From Lytechinus pictus (lineage: Eukaryota): 64,000 nucleotides of DNA. The first letter of the stretch is position 1. The number at the start of each line of letters is the position of its first letter. The stretch covers positions 6,574,001 to 6,638,000 of the forward strand of contig NC_087251.1 of the NCBI RefSeq assembly GCF_037042905.1, written 5' to 3'. A model generated the notes under the pieces. It saw nothing but the letters and a program-made list of their open reading frames with translations. It was not told where the DNA came from and did not search any database. Shown here piece after piece: positions 13,101 to 24,763 of the stretch. The position numbers and the translations under genes are program-made.

Positions 13101-13661
13101 TCAACCGAGGACGCCAAATTGACCTTGAAATTAGGGGGCTCCATGCAAATTCATGTTCGACCGGGGGCGCAACATTGCTCGTATTGCCTGTTTATAGTGA
13201 AATTAATTTCCTGCCCAAAAAGGTTACATTAATGCGGCTCATTTAAAATATCCCGTTTTTACGATAAAAGACAAAATCAATGTGCTCGAGTTTGAAGTTT
13301 GTTTGGCGAGATAGGTATCTTGTTCAGGGTCAGAAAAGGGGTTAATATCAAATTCAGCTGGCGCTACGCGCTCGCAATATTTGATTAGTGAGGTGTGTAT
13401 CCTCTCCATCGATCACATGTACATAAGTCCTTAAAATGTTAGTGTTTTTCAAGTCAATATACATAGGCCGATCCAGGGGGCAAAGTTTTTGCCCCCCCCC
13501 CCCCATGGTGGCGCAAAAAAAGGAAAGAAAAAGAAAAAAAAGACGAAGAGAAAAAGGAAAAACTTTTAGAATAGGAATTATACCTTAAAAGAGTCCTTCT
13601 TAAGTCAGTATATAAAAAAATTGAGCTCGCGCTTCGCGCTCGCATCACTGTTTAGTTATAT

Positions 13662-16060
13662 TTTTTTTCATTTAGGTTTTATTTCCACAAATCCGTTATG
13701 TTACAAAACTTAACTGACATAACTATATAAGCTGAGCAACCATTACACACGTAGACTATATAAGTATAGATAGCAAGCATTCTTAATCACTACATATTAA
13801 TACATGTTTAAGTACATAAAAAACGGAAAAGTGGAGGAAACCTTGGAAGCAGAATGCTTGTAGATAAGGTTCCCTTTTTTATACATTACATTTGACATTA
13901 CTACTTAGTAATAATACACGTGACAACATTTTATCAATTAAATTACACCCACAAAAACAACACAACACAGAGACGTGACAAAAAACAAAGAAAGAAAGAA
14001 ACGAAGAAATAAAAAAACAAAAGAAATAAAGTAAGCAGCTGCCATCCAACAGAATTTAAGAAAATTCTGGATAATAAGCTCTGTGGACAAAAATGCAATA
14101 GAGCATGCCAATAAATAGCAATTTCAGTTTGTTTCATTATATCGAAGAAGAAGCTTTGCTTTCAAGTGATGTTTGAAAATATTATAATTTTGTTGTTGCT
14201 TAAGTGTCATATCCAAGGAATTCCAATAAACTGGACCAGTATATACTATCGTTCTTTTCCTAAGTACTGTTCTCAACCTATGCAAGTGAAAGAATGACGA
14301 CTGTCGGGTAGGGTAAGTATGCAAATGTTGATTCTTTTGGAATAGTGATGTAAAAGCATGAGGAAGAGCATTTGAGTTCAATTGAAACATGAAACACCCT
14401 AAAAAGAAATTATATAAATCATGCACCTTTAATACTTTATTGTTGAAAAATAAAATGTTTGTATGACTTAACCTGTCAGAATGGCAAATTATTCGCAATA
14501 CCCGTTTTTGAAGAATTAACAATTTATCCAGTTGGTAATTAAACGAATTACCCCATGCAAGTATACCGTAGTTCAGGTAAGGTAGGATAAGTGTTGAGTA
14601 CAAACCTTTTAAAATATGAACAGGAAATGACGATTTTAGTTTATTGATTACCCCAACATTCCTCGCAAGCGTTTTACTTAAATTCAAATTATGCTCTTTC
14701 CAAGAAAGTTTATTGTCAATGATAAGACCAAGAAATTTTAACGAATCAACTATATTTATAACAGTATTATTAATGTAAACATTACCGGGTAACTGTGAGA
14801 TATAATTACTGAAAAACATACATTGAGTTTTATTTATGTTAAGGGAAAGTTTATTTGCGCATATCCATTCTGCAACAAGTCTAAGTTCAATATTAACTGT
14901 TTCTAATAGGATATTGGGATTTTTATGGGAAAAGAAAACGGAAGAATCATCAGCGAATAAAGTAAATGACAAGACTCGAGAAGAGTTTTGAAAGTCATTC
15001 ATATACAAAATAAAAAGTAAAGGTCCAAGGATAGATCCCTGAGGGACACCACAAAGTAGCTGTTTAAAAGACGAATTAACACCCTTAATAGAAACGAACT
15101 GAGACCTTCCTATGAGATAGCTTCTAAACCACTCCAAGGCCTTTCCACGAATACCATAGTGAAAGAGTTTATGCAGTAATATTTGATGGTCAATGGTATC
15201 GAAGGCCTTGGAGAGGTCCAAAAATATTCCAAGTGTATGACAATGATCATCGTTAGCGGAAGCAACATGATTAATGAATTGTAAAATTGCATGTATCGTG
15301 GAATGTTTTTGTCTGAAACCAAATTGCGAATCTGCGAAAACATTATTACTTACAAGGAACGACATAGTACGATCAAAAATAAGTTTTTCTAACACTTTGG
15401 AAATTGACGATAGCAGTGATATTGGCCTATAATTATTGGAGTCTAAAGGATCACCTTTTTTCAATATCGGAATAACTTTAGCGATTTTCATTGTATCCGG
15501 TACAACACCTTGACTTATAGATAAATTAAAAATGTGCTCTAGAGGTTCAGTAATTTCATTTATGATATGTTTCAGCAAGAAATTACTAACTTCATCATGT
15601 CCCATACTTCGCTTATCTTTCATATTTTTTACAATTCGTAAAATTTCTGATGAATTGGTTGGGTTAAAAAATATTGAATTCTGATTTTTGTTCTTCAAAA
15701 ATTTATGAAAACTTTTTTCAATGTTAGGAATTTTCTTAGCCAAATTTGGTCCGATGTTTGCAAAGTATTCATTAAAGTGATTGGATATTGATTCATTCTC
15801 ATCTAAAACTTTATTTCCCTCACGAATTTGGGTTATATCTTTAATAAGACTCCTCCTATTCAAAGCATTATTTATTATACCCCATGTTTCTTTTATGTTG
15901 GACCTTTTTTTTTCAAACTGATTACAATAATATTTCCTCTTCTCGATCCGTAAAATTCTTGTTAATGTATTTTTATATCTAATATATTTCTCATGACGTT
16001 TTGGAGTAGGATTTGCTCTAAGTTTGTAATACATATTGTTTTTTCTGTTAATGGATCTCA
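13662..16060 (-). mobile_element. 5'-truncated non-LTR retrotransposon (CR1/L2 group)
   Basis: Absent from copy 1 (empty site near 2128-2135); flanked by ATAT duplication; 3' UTR ends AATAAAACCTAAATG(A)8 on the minus strand. Confidence 0.92.
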
Positions 16061-16160
16061 ATATACGCATCCCGACCTCACAGTTTTTTTTATGCGAACG
16101 AGAAGCACAAGCTGAAAATATTTTATATTCTAATCCAACAACTGAAAATGTCCTTTTCAT
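14124..16160 (-). CDS. LINE ORF2 reverse transcriptase (endonuclease domain missing; first ~33 aa come from flanking repeat)
   Basis: Uninterrupted ORF with YRPISLL, FLDLSKAFDTIDH, GVPQGSILGPLLFILYMND, FADD and KFLGLIID motifs, and C-terminal WNSL. Confidence 0.9.
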   Translation of the reverse strand: MKRTFSVVGLEYKIFSACASRSHKKNCEVGMRILRSINRKNNMYYKLRANPTPKRHEKYIRYKNTLTRILRIEKRKYYCNQFEKKRSNIKETWGIINNALNRRSLIKDITQIREGNKVLDENESISNHFNEYFANIGPNLAKKIPNIEKSFHKFLKNKNQNSIFFNPTNSSEILRIVKNMKDKRSMGHDEVSNFLLKHIINEITEPLEHIFNLSISQGVVPDTMKIAKVIPILKKGDPLDSNNYRPISLLSSISKVLEKLIFDRTMSFLVSNNVFADSQFGFRQKHSTIHAILQFINHVASANDDHCHTLGIFLDLSKAFDTIDHQILLHKLFHYGIRGKALEWFRSYLIGRSQFVSIKGVNSSFKQLLCGVPQGSILGPLLFILYMNDFQNSSRVLSFTLFADDSSVFFSHKNPNILLETVNIELRLVAEWICANKLSLNINKTQCMFFSNYISQLPGNVYINNTVINIVDSLKFLGLIIDNKLSWKEHNLNLSKTLARNVGVINKLKSSFPVHILKGLYSTLILPYLNYGILAWGNSFNYQLDKLLILQKRVLRIICHSDRLSHTNILFFNNKVLKVHDLYNFFLGCFMFQLNSNALPHAFTSLFQKNQHLHTYPTRQSSFFHLHRLRTVLRKRTIVYTGPVYWNSLDMTLKQQQNYNIFKHHLKAKLLLRYNETN

Positions 16161-16213
16161 TTCATCATTAAAAAATTTTCAGCTAGCGCTTCGCGCTCGC
16201 ATTCATTTCTTAA

Positions 16214-16713
16214 GGGACGAGTCCATCCCCCCAAAAAAATGTTGATTTGAATAAAAAGAGAAAAATCAAACAAGCATTATGCTGAAAATTTCCTCAAAAT
16301 CGGATGTAAAATAAAAAAATTATGACATTTAAAATTTTTTTTTTTGCTTATTTAAAAAAAAACAGTGATATGCACAACTCAGTGACATGCAAATGAGACA
16401 GTCGATGATGTCCCTCACTCACTAATTCCTTTGTTTTTTATTGTTAGAATTATACAATATTTCATTTTTTACAGATTTTACAATATGGACCAACTTGATT
16501 GAACCATTTAGTATTAAACAATGCTAATTGCTCATGTTCAGGGAGGAATTAATCGTTGTTTCACACGACAACGGAGAAAAATAGAATACTTCATATTTCA
16601 TATACTAAAATACAAAATGAAGTAGTGAGTGAGTGATGTCATCGGTCTCCTCATTTGCATACCGACAAGGATGTGAATACAACTGGTTTGTGAAATTAAG
16701 CGAAACTTTAAAA
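16214..16713. mobile_element. Kolobok-type MITE (one end deleted), counterpart of 1485-1980
   Basis: TTAA|GGGACGAGTCCA start; inverted copy of 1485-1980. Confidence 0.78.
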
Positions 16714-16858
16714 TGTTGTAGGCCTACCTATTATCTTTGTGTATTTCAAATAAGATTCTCAAAATATTCCTTTTCAGGTGTCTCGATTGTCAAAATTGAA
16801 GGCCTATGAGCTAGCGCTGTGCGCTCGCATTTTGATTGGTGAGTTCTGTATACCTATA

Positions 16859-18642
16859 CAGTGGCATAACTACCAGGGGGCATGGTGGGCACGTGCCCCC
16901 CCCCCCCCCATCGGCTGCCCCCCCCCCAAAAAAAAAAAAAAAAAAAAAAAAAAAAACGGGGAAAAGGAGAAAAAGAGGGAGAAAGAAAGAGAAACGTAAT
17001 GGGGAAAGAAGAAATTATTGTTTATTATAATGTTATATTATATCATAATCATGTTACATAAGAAGCATTTTTTTTCATGACTTTATGAAACAGTTTGCTC
17101 AGGGCCTATGTCTTCATTGTTCCTGGTGCTCGCATAGACTGTTTAACGAGATGTATAATCCTGTTGTACTAAAACCTCCCGTTTTCAAATCAATATGCAC
17201 CAAATATATTTCCTCGCAATTCGAGTTATTATTGCTTTATGTAGTGACATTTGCTTTTTTTTCATGACTACTTTAAGGAGAATGAAAACTTTGGAACAAG
17301 ATAGCTTATGTGAAAACAGAAAAATCAAAGAAACAGATTAACGAAAGTTTAAGAAAAATCAGACAAATAATGAGAAAGTTATGAGCATTTGAATATTGTG
17401 ATCACTAATGCTATGGAGATCCTCAAATTAGCAATGCGACAAAGATGTGTGATGTCACTTGTGAACAACTCTCCCCATTTTTTAAGTATATATTTCACTT
17501 AAATTGCCGCTTTTATCACATCTATCAGTAGATCATGTGTTCTTTCTATAGGAGGGCATGTAATACAGATTTTTAAAGAATACATCATGGTTAAAAGTTT
17601 GTATCACCACAAGAAAAAGCAGAAAGAGACATTTTGAGGGTATTTTATAGTCCATCAAAGGGAAAGTTGTTCACTTGTGACATCACACATCCTTGTCGCA
17701 TTGCCAATGATGGATCTCCATAGCACTAGTGATTGCAATATTCAAATGCTCATAACGTTCTTATTATTTATCCGATTTTTCTCAAACTTTCTTTGTTCTT
17801 ATTCTTTGATTTTTCTGTTTCGACACAAGCCTACTTATTCCAAAGGTTTCATTCCCCTTTAAAGTGATTGCCCAATTTTAAGGTCTCAATATAAAACATT
17901 TCCTGTCCGTGCTAACGTTCGCATTAATTGATTTGTGAGATGTCTGCTCTTCATGAATTCCTAAAATCAATCCTTTAAATGTCAATTTTTCTGATCTGAA
18001 TATCTTGAAATTTTTAGCTCACGCTTCGCGCTCGCATCATTTGGTTAGTGAAATACGTAAGGACTTAGTGAATTCCTACAAACAAGCCTTAGAATGCCCC
18101 TCTTCAGGTCTGAATTTCATAAATTTTCAGCTCGCGCTTCGCGCTCGCAGTTTTTGATTAGTGAGATGCGTATGATAATCATGATTACAATGACTACAAA
18201 AAGTGCTTCATATGTTTGAATGTAATTCTAACAAAATCAGCAAAGGATGCCACTATCATTAGATGACTATGCTGAGATATTTATACTCTTAATGGATACC
18301 TAAAATATAGTCCTTAAAATGTCCCTGTTTGGGGTCAATATATACAAAAATTTCAGCTCGCGCTTCGCGCTCGCATTGTTGGTTTAGCGAGACAGGTTCG
18401 TATCACGATTACAAAAAATTTGCTTATAATGTCCCTTTTAGGTCTGAATATCAAAAATGTTCAGCTCGGGCTTCGCGCTCGCATTATTTAATCAGTGAGA
18501 TACTTATCCGTTTAATGGCATTGCATGTCCTTAAAATTTCTCTATTAGGTCAGCATACCTGGCAACAGAGCGCGCTCCCTAAGTGACACCAAATTTGTGG
18601 TAGTGCCCCCCCCCCCATGCCGTGACCCACGGTACGCCACTG
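16859..18642. mobile_element. hAT-type non-autonomous element (family H1) nested in the composite
   Basis: Ends CAGTGGCATA / TACGCCACTG; perfect 8-bp TSD TACCTATA at 16851-16858 and 18643-18650. Confidence 0.9.
17276..17858. mobile_element. TTAA-specific palindromic MITE (Kolobok-type), counterpart of 339-912
   Basis: Inverted copy of 339-912 at the same site in H1. Confidence 0.85.
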
Positions 18643-21382
18643 TACCTATATATTCTATAACAAACTACTTGAATTCCCCCCATTTGAAAATTTCGGATCG
18701 CAATTTGCGCTCGCATTATTTGCTATAAATGTTTCAACACATGAATGCTGTTCATGATTACAAAAAATATAAAATATCCAGTTTTTCAGGCCTCATGCAC
18801 TGTCAACAAATTTCACGCACTCATTAGGCTTATTAGATTAATAAATATGCAATAAATTTTTTTATGAATTCATAACTAAATCGTCCCTTTTTCAGAAAAA
18901 CATATCGACAAGTTTTAGGAAGAGGAATAGAAGATAGGCATCATTTTTATATAATGACAAAATGTCCTTAGGCCTAAAATGTCTCGATCCTAGTTCAAAT
19001 AATAATAAAATATCAGCTCGCGCTTCGCTCGCATCATTTATTAAGTGCTTTCCACATCCACTTCACAATTCCCCTATATACACAGTGCTTTAAATATTGC
19101 TTAAATTGACCCATTTCATATCGGAATTTCAAATATTATTTCCAGCTCGCGATCCGCGCTCGCATTATTGATTTTCATGATGAAAAATTAAATGTATTCA
19201 GAATGCCAAGATTCTGTCTAACTCTAAAATACGTGCACGCATGTTTATTGAGATACGCATCTTGATCTTATTAAAAACGTGCTAAAATTATCCAGTTTCA
19301 GATCAGAATATCAAAAATTTTCTGCTCGCGCTTTGCGCTCGCATTATTAATGTAGGAAGATACAAAAAACTACCCATCATTTTTCATGAGTGACAAAACA
19401 TGAATCGAGTGTCCCGTTGGGGGTTTGAAATCTAATTTTTTAGGTTGGAATATCAAAAATGTTCACTCTCGCGCTTCGCGCTCGCAATATTTAATCGTTG
19501 AAATATGTATCGTCTTAATGGCTAATTCAAAACGCCCTTAACAGGTCCCTTTTCGACCAGGCAAGAACGCACATTAAAAATTTCTGCTCGCGCTTCGCGC
19601 TCGTTGTGATTATCTAATTACATACGCATCTTGTTCAGGTTCACAAACATTGCCCAGAATGTTCAATTTTCAGGTCAAAATACATGAAATTTAATTATTT
19701 TTTTATCTCGCATAGGGCTTATGAGATTATTGCACATTAATGTTGCTTATAAAGTAAAGCTAGGAAATGACTGTTAGGACATGGGCGTTTTGCCCCCCCC
19801 AAAAAAAAAAAAATAAAATAAAATCACGACCAACAAAAAATGAGAGAAAAGGAAAGGGATTATGGTGAAATATAATGTTATTTTCAAAATATTGCATTAT
19901 TCCCAAGAGGGAAACAACTAGTAAAGAAACTACAGCTCCCGTTCACACAATATTCTAGTAGGGCCTACTCTGGTAAGAAGTTAAACCAAATTGAGACCCC
20001 CAAAAATCGCTCGCGCTTCGCGCTCCCATTGATATTAAATTATATATTCATGGATTTTTTTTTCAAGAACACATTACAAAAGTGGTCTTTAATTGCCTTT
20101 TTTTTAAATGTGATTATGTAATAAGATAATTCAAAATAAATTTAAGGCTTTTAAGTTAGCCTGGCCGGGAGGGAGGGGGCGCCATTTTTCGAAAAGTACA
20201 CATGGGCGATAAAAATTAGGTCAAATTTGGGCCCCCCTCCCCACGAAATCTTGGATCCGCGCCTGCTGAGTTGTGCATATCACTCGTTTGTGAAAAATAA
20301 GTAAAACTTTAAGATGTCATAACTTTCTTATTTTAAATCCGATTTTGATGAAATTTTCAGCGTTATGCTAGTTTGATTTTTCTCTATTTATTCAAATCAA
20401 CAATATTCTGGGGTCGACTTGACCTTTAAGTTTTCGAAATGTCATCATAACTCAAAAAGCATATGGGTTCATGAAACCTTGACATAAGAGTAATCAAGTT
20501 GTGAACATCCTGCTTGAGTTTCAGGTCATGTGACCAAGGTCAAATGTCATTTAAGGTCAAAGAACTTTGCCATGTTGAGGGTATTTTTTTAATTGGCATC
20601 ATAACTTTGAAAGTTTATGGCCCTATATATGAAAAATGTGGACATAGGGGTAATAATAATAATAATAATAATACAGGTATATTTACCCAGGGAAGCCGCT
20701 TCAGTTCCGAAAACTGTTCTCCCAGCGGGCCCTGCTATTATTATTACCCCGGCTTTAGCTGTAATCAAGTACGTCTTGCACAAACACTGTTAAAGATTAT
20801 TTAAACAACGCTGTTTAATATGTGAATTGCACAGTAGTTGTTTGAACATTTTAAAAAGTGTTTAAAATCTTAAACAACAAAGCCTAAATTCAAATATTCA
20901 ATTATCAATAATTTAAGCATGGTTATTTGAGATTTTAAAAACTTGTTTAAACAACTACTGTGCAAATTCACATAGTATTCTGCGTTGTTCCAATTATTAT
21001 TAACAGTCTAGATCACATGATCAAGGTCAAATGTCATTTATGGTCATTGAACATTGTAATTTATTATCATATGAATGGTGTTTGTTGTGAGTCGTTAGGC
21101 GAGACTGCAAGAGGCGTTCCACTTGCTTAAAATGATTGCGCGCGATCATTGAGGGCGAAGGTCTATGCGGTATAGCGTTATGAGTATCCCACCCTCCTCG
21201 TCTTCCATCTTTCCATATTGCATTATTTTGATTATGCCTCATTTTTACCCCTGATTCTTTTTTCTTCTTCTGCAATAGTCTTTGCTTCATTGTTTTGCTT
21301 AATTGTTAGTCATTAATAATACGATTTTATATATTATTCATGTTTCTATTTTCCCCTGGATATTATACCATTTACACATATA

Positions 21383-21413
21383 TCACTCACTCACTCACTC
21401 AATCAAACAATCA

Positions 21414-21444
<31 letters not shown>

Positions 21445-21544
21445 TATCATGATCAATCCATCCATCCGGGCCATCCATCCATCCATCCATCCATCCATCC
21501 ATCCATCCATCCATCCATCCATCCATCCATCCATCCATCCATCC

Positions 21545-21604
<60 letters not shown>

Positions 21605-21671
21605 CATCATGATCCATCCGGGCCATCCATGATCCATCCATCCATCCGATCAATCAATCAATCAATCAATC
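21383..21671. repeat. Compound tetranucleotide microsatellite (TCAC)n(TCAA)n(TCCA)n
   Basis: Direct reading. Confidence 0.95.
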
Positions 21672-21701
21672 TAAATTTGGCTCCAATGATAGTCGGCTAT
21701 A

Positions 21702-22166
21702 GGTGTCACGCGCGTAAAACATTCCCCATAGACTTGTGTGTTAAAATGGCACTTTTGAAAAATTCATAAAAAATAAATGTGAAATTAGAGGGTGGAATGT
21801 TTACTACCAATGGATAGGATATATATCTGACATTCCAAATCTGACCAGGTAAGGGTAACGTAGCCAGCTCATTTTAAAAATAAATTGCCATTTATGAAGA
21901 TAACTATGAATCGATCGAATTCATCAACTGAAACAGTAAAATAGCCCTAATTATTACGCCAGTCAAAAAATAGTTCCAAATCACTTATCTATCTTCCCAA
22001 TTTGGGCGAAGTAAGTTCAGTAGTTACCATTTCTAGAATCAGTGTTAGATTTTGAATCACATTCATACATTTTTGTCAATCAGCAATATCAAATTGACAA
22101 AAATTCGAATGGGTTGGGTCGAACGAATATCTTTAGCCCTCCTGATGTAATTAGGCTCGTGGCACC
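21702..22166. mobile_element. 465-bp MITE, TATA-flanked
   Basis: TATA|GGTGTCACG ... CGTGGCACC|TATA; diverged inverted relative at 26268-26730. Confidence 0.75.
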
Positions 22167-22387
22167 TATATAGGGCCAGGGCCTTGTCGGCTGGAAATTA
22201 TTCTTTTTGAAAAAAGAAATTATTCTATTTGAAAAAAAAAGGGAAAGCAAATTTACAAGGCAACAATAGTCAAAACTGACTAGTTTGCCTATTTAAAATA
22301 ACAACAACAACAACAACGGCTATATGTATGTTGACGCCCTCTACGATCAACACAAGTTATTGTACGTGGACGCAATTAAACGTTAAC

Positions 22388-23571
22388 CAACGAACGTAGA
22401 GGGCAGCAACACACAAGCGTGTTGCTCTAAGGAAGGTCAACTCCGCTCGAATTTTGTGACCACTTTAAAAAATAAGGTGGGGTTTTGGGAAATTTGTCGA
22501 GTTGATTTTTTTTCATTTGTTAATTTCAAATATTTTTTAATGAACAATTATTAGATCGGTTATTCTGGGTATAAATATTAAAAATATTACTTTTATTTTT
22601 AAAGAAAATATTTAGCTTAAATAATCATGATTTTGAAATTTTTCCTCATTTTCGAATATTAAGCCTGTAACGAGGATACCTCATATCTCTTATTTTCTTC
22701 TGCTGAATTTCGCTGCACCACTAATAAATGCATAGACAACCACCGTAATAATCGAGGTCATTTTTCTGGCCTGGGTGCGCCGAGTCTGGCCCGGTCGCGC
22801 AGCTAGCTAGTGACGTTGATGATGCGCTGGGGCTTCAGGCGACTCGTCATAGATCTAGCAACTTAGACAATGACGTCTAATTTGCCTGGCCTAATTTGAG
22901 GTGAAATGGCTTCAGGGCTGATGTTTATCAACGATGATTGTTCAAGGTTAGATTTCAAATTTTAAATGTCATTTGACTTTTAAGTCTATAAATCTGAAAT
23001 AAAGGCGCTGTATCCCCGAAATCCGGGTCTAAATTTCAACTCTGAGTCCGAGACCATGGCATGGACGGCGAAAAAACAACCCATGCATCGGATGCATTGC
23101 ATTGGCTGCGCGCTGCGCTGCAGCTGCACTGTGATGATGGGTTCAGCGAAGAGCTCAGAGAAAATAAGGTGGTTATATTCAATCCCGAAATGCTTTGCGA
23201 GTGGTCACAAAATCGTCTCGACGCAAATCACCTAATACAGCCGTCTGGTGAAATCGCTGATAACAACAATCACCGATTTGGTAATGATTTTAGTTTCCTG
23301 AAACTTATATTTGTAAAGTTTTAAATATCAAAGTATGTTTTTATATGTATGTATATTCCTCAACATATTTTTAAGTTATCTTTGATATTGTTGTAGTCAT
23401 ATTCTTTCATATTCGTTTTTTGATCGCTACTGATTTGTTGTTGTATTTGATCGGCATTTGATTTCGTTGGCATGAACAACTCGATACGCGCGCAGCTCAG
23501 CTGCATGCGCGTATCGAGTTGACCTTCCTTATAGCAACACGCTTGTGTGTTGCTGCCCTCTACGTTCGTTG
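22388..23571. mobile_element. 1184-bp non-autonomous TIR element (P-element-like), copy 1 of a tandem dimer
   Basis: 56-bp TIRs CAACGAACGTAGAGGGCAGC... (55/56 match); 8-bp TSD ACGTTAAC at 22380-22387 and 23572-23579. Confidence 0.9.
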
Positions 23572-23579
23572 ACGTTAAC

Positions 23580-24763
23580 CAACGAACGTAGAGGGCAGCA
23601 ACACACAAGCGTGTTGCTCTAAGGAAGGTCAACTCCGCTCGAATTTTGTGACCACTTTAAAAAATAAGGTGGGGTTTTGGGAAATTTGTCGAGTTGATTT
23701 TTTTTCATTTGTTAATTTCAAATATTTTTTAATGAACAATTATTAGATCGGTTATTCTGGGTATAAATATTAAAAATATTACTTTCATTTTTAAAGAAAA
23801 TATTTAGCTTAAATAATCATGATTTTGACATTTTTCCTCATTTTGGAATATTAAGCCTGTGACGAGGATACCTCATATCTCTTATTTTCTTCTGCTGAAT
23901 TTCGCTGCACCACTAATAAATGCATAGACAACCACCGTAATAATCGAGGTCATTTTTCTGGCCTGGGTGCGCCGAGTCTGGGCCGGTCGCGCAGCTAGCT
24001 AGTGACTTGATGATGCGCTGGGGCTTCAGGCGACTCGTCATAGATCTAGCAACTTAGACAATGACGTATAATTTGCCTGGCCTGATTTGAAGTGTAATGG
24101 CTTCAGGGCTGATGTTTATCAACGATGATTGTTCAAGGTTAGATTTCAAATTTTAAATGTCATTTGACTTTTAAGTCTATAAATCTGAAATAAAGGCGCT
24201 GTATCCCCGAAATCCGGGTCTAAATTTCAACTCTGAGTCCGAGACCATGGCATGGACGGCGAAAAAACAACCCATGCATCGGATGCATTGCATTGGCTGC
24301 GCGCTGCGCTGCAGCTGCACTGTGATGATGGGTTCAGCGAAGAGCTCAGAGAAAATAAGGTGGTTATATTCAATCCCGAAATGCTTTGCGAGTGGTCACA
24401 AAATCGTCTCGACGCAAATCACCTAATACAGCCGTCTGGTGAAATCGCTGATAACAACAATCACCGATTTGGTAATGATTTTAGTTTCTTGAAACTTATA
24501 TTTGTAAAGTTTTAAATATCAAAGTATGTTTTTATATGTATGTATATTCCTCAACATATTTTTTAAGTTATCTTTGATATTGTTGTAGTCATATTCTTTC
24601 ATATTCGTTTTTTGATCGCTACTAATTTGTTGTTGTATTGGATCGGCATTTGATTTCGTTGGCATGAACAATAAAATACGCGCGCAGCTCAGCTGCATGC
24701 GCGTATCGAGTTGACCTTCCTTATAGCAACACGCTTGTGTGTTGCTGCCCTCTACGTTCGTTG
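23580..24763. mobile_element. 1184-bp non-autonomous TIR element (P-element-like), copy 2 of a tandem dimer
   Basis: Same TIRs; TSD ACGTTAAC at 23572-23579 and 24764-24771. Confidence 0.9.

Larger units (their letters stand above)
9907..20265 (+). mobile_element. Composite non-autonomous hAT-type element, copy 2 (complete)
   Basis: TIRs TAGGCGCGGATCCA / TGGATCCGCGCCTG; 8-bp TSD CTGAGTTA (9899-9906) / CTGAGTTG (20266-20273); the empty site has a single CTGAGTTG in the sister MITE near 1816. Confidence 0.9.
9487..20425. mobile_element. Second Kolobok-type MITE family (9487-9906 + 20266-20425), split by composite copy 2
   Basis: TTAA at 9483-9486 and 20426-20429; the halves join into a sequence colinear with 1485-1980. 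Confidence 0.82.
9252..21130 (+). mobile_element. Helentron-associated (HINE/DINE-like) element remnants 9252-9482 + 20430-21130, host of the nested cluster
   Basis: Repeated CAGGTCACATGACCAAGGTCAAAGGTCATT units; 3' end GGCGAGACTGCAAGAGGCGTTCCACTTG; same family at 38160-38269 + 44279-44522. Confidence 0.6.

Noticed and set aside
1..18198. A single foldback transposon with 6-kb arms
   Set aside because: Each arm has its own inner terminus, and copy 2 has its own TSD within a separate MITE, so these are two insertions.
23061..23324. 87-aa ORF repeated at 24252-24515, plus an ATG..AG|GTTAG mini-exon near 22906
   Set aside because: Identity only reflects the element duplication; no recognisable domain (no THAP or catalytic motif).
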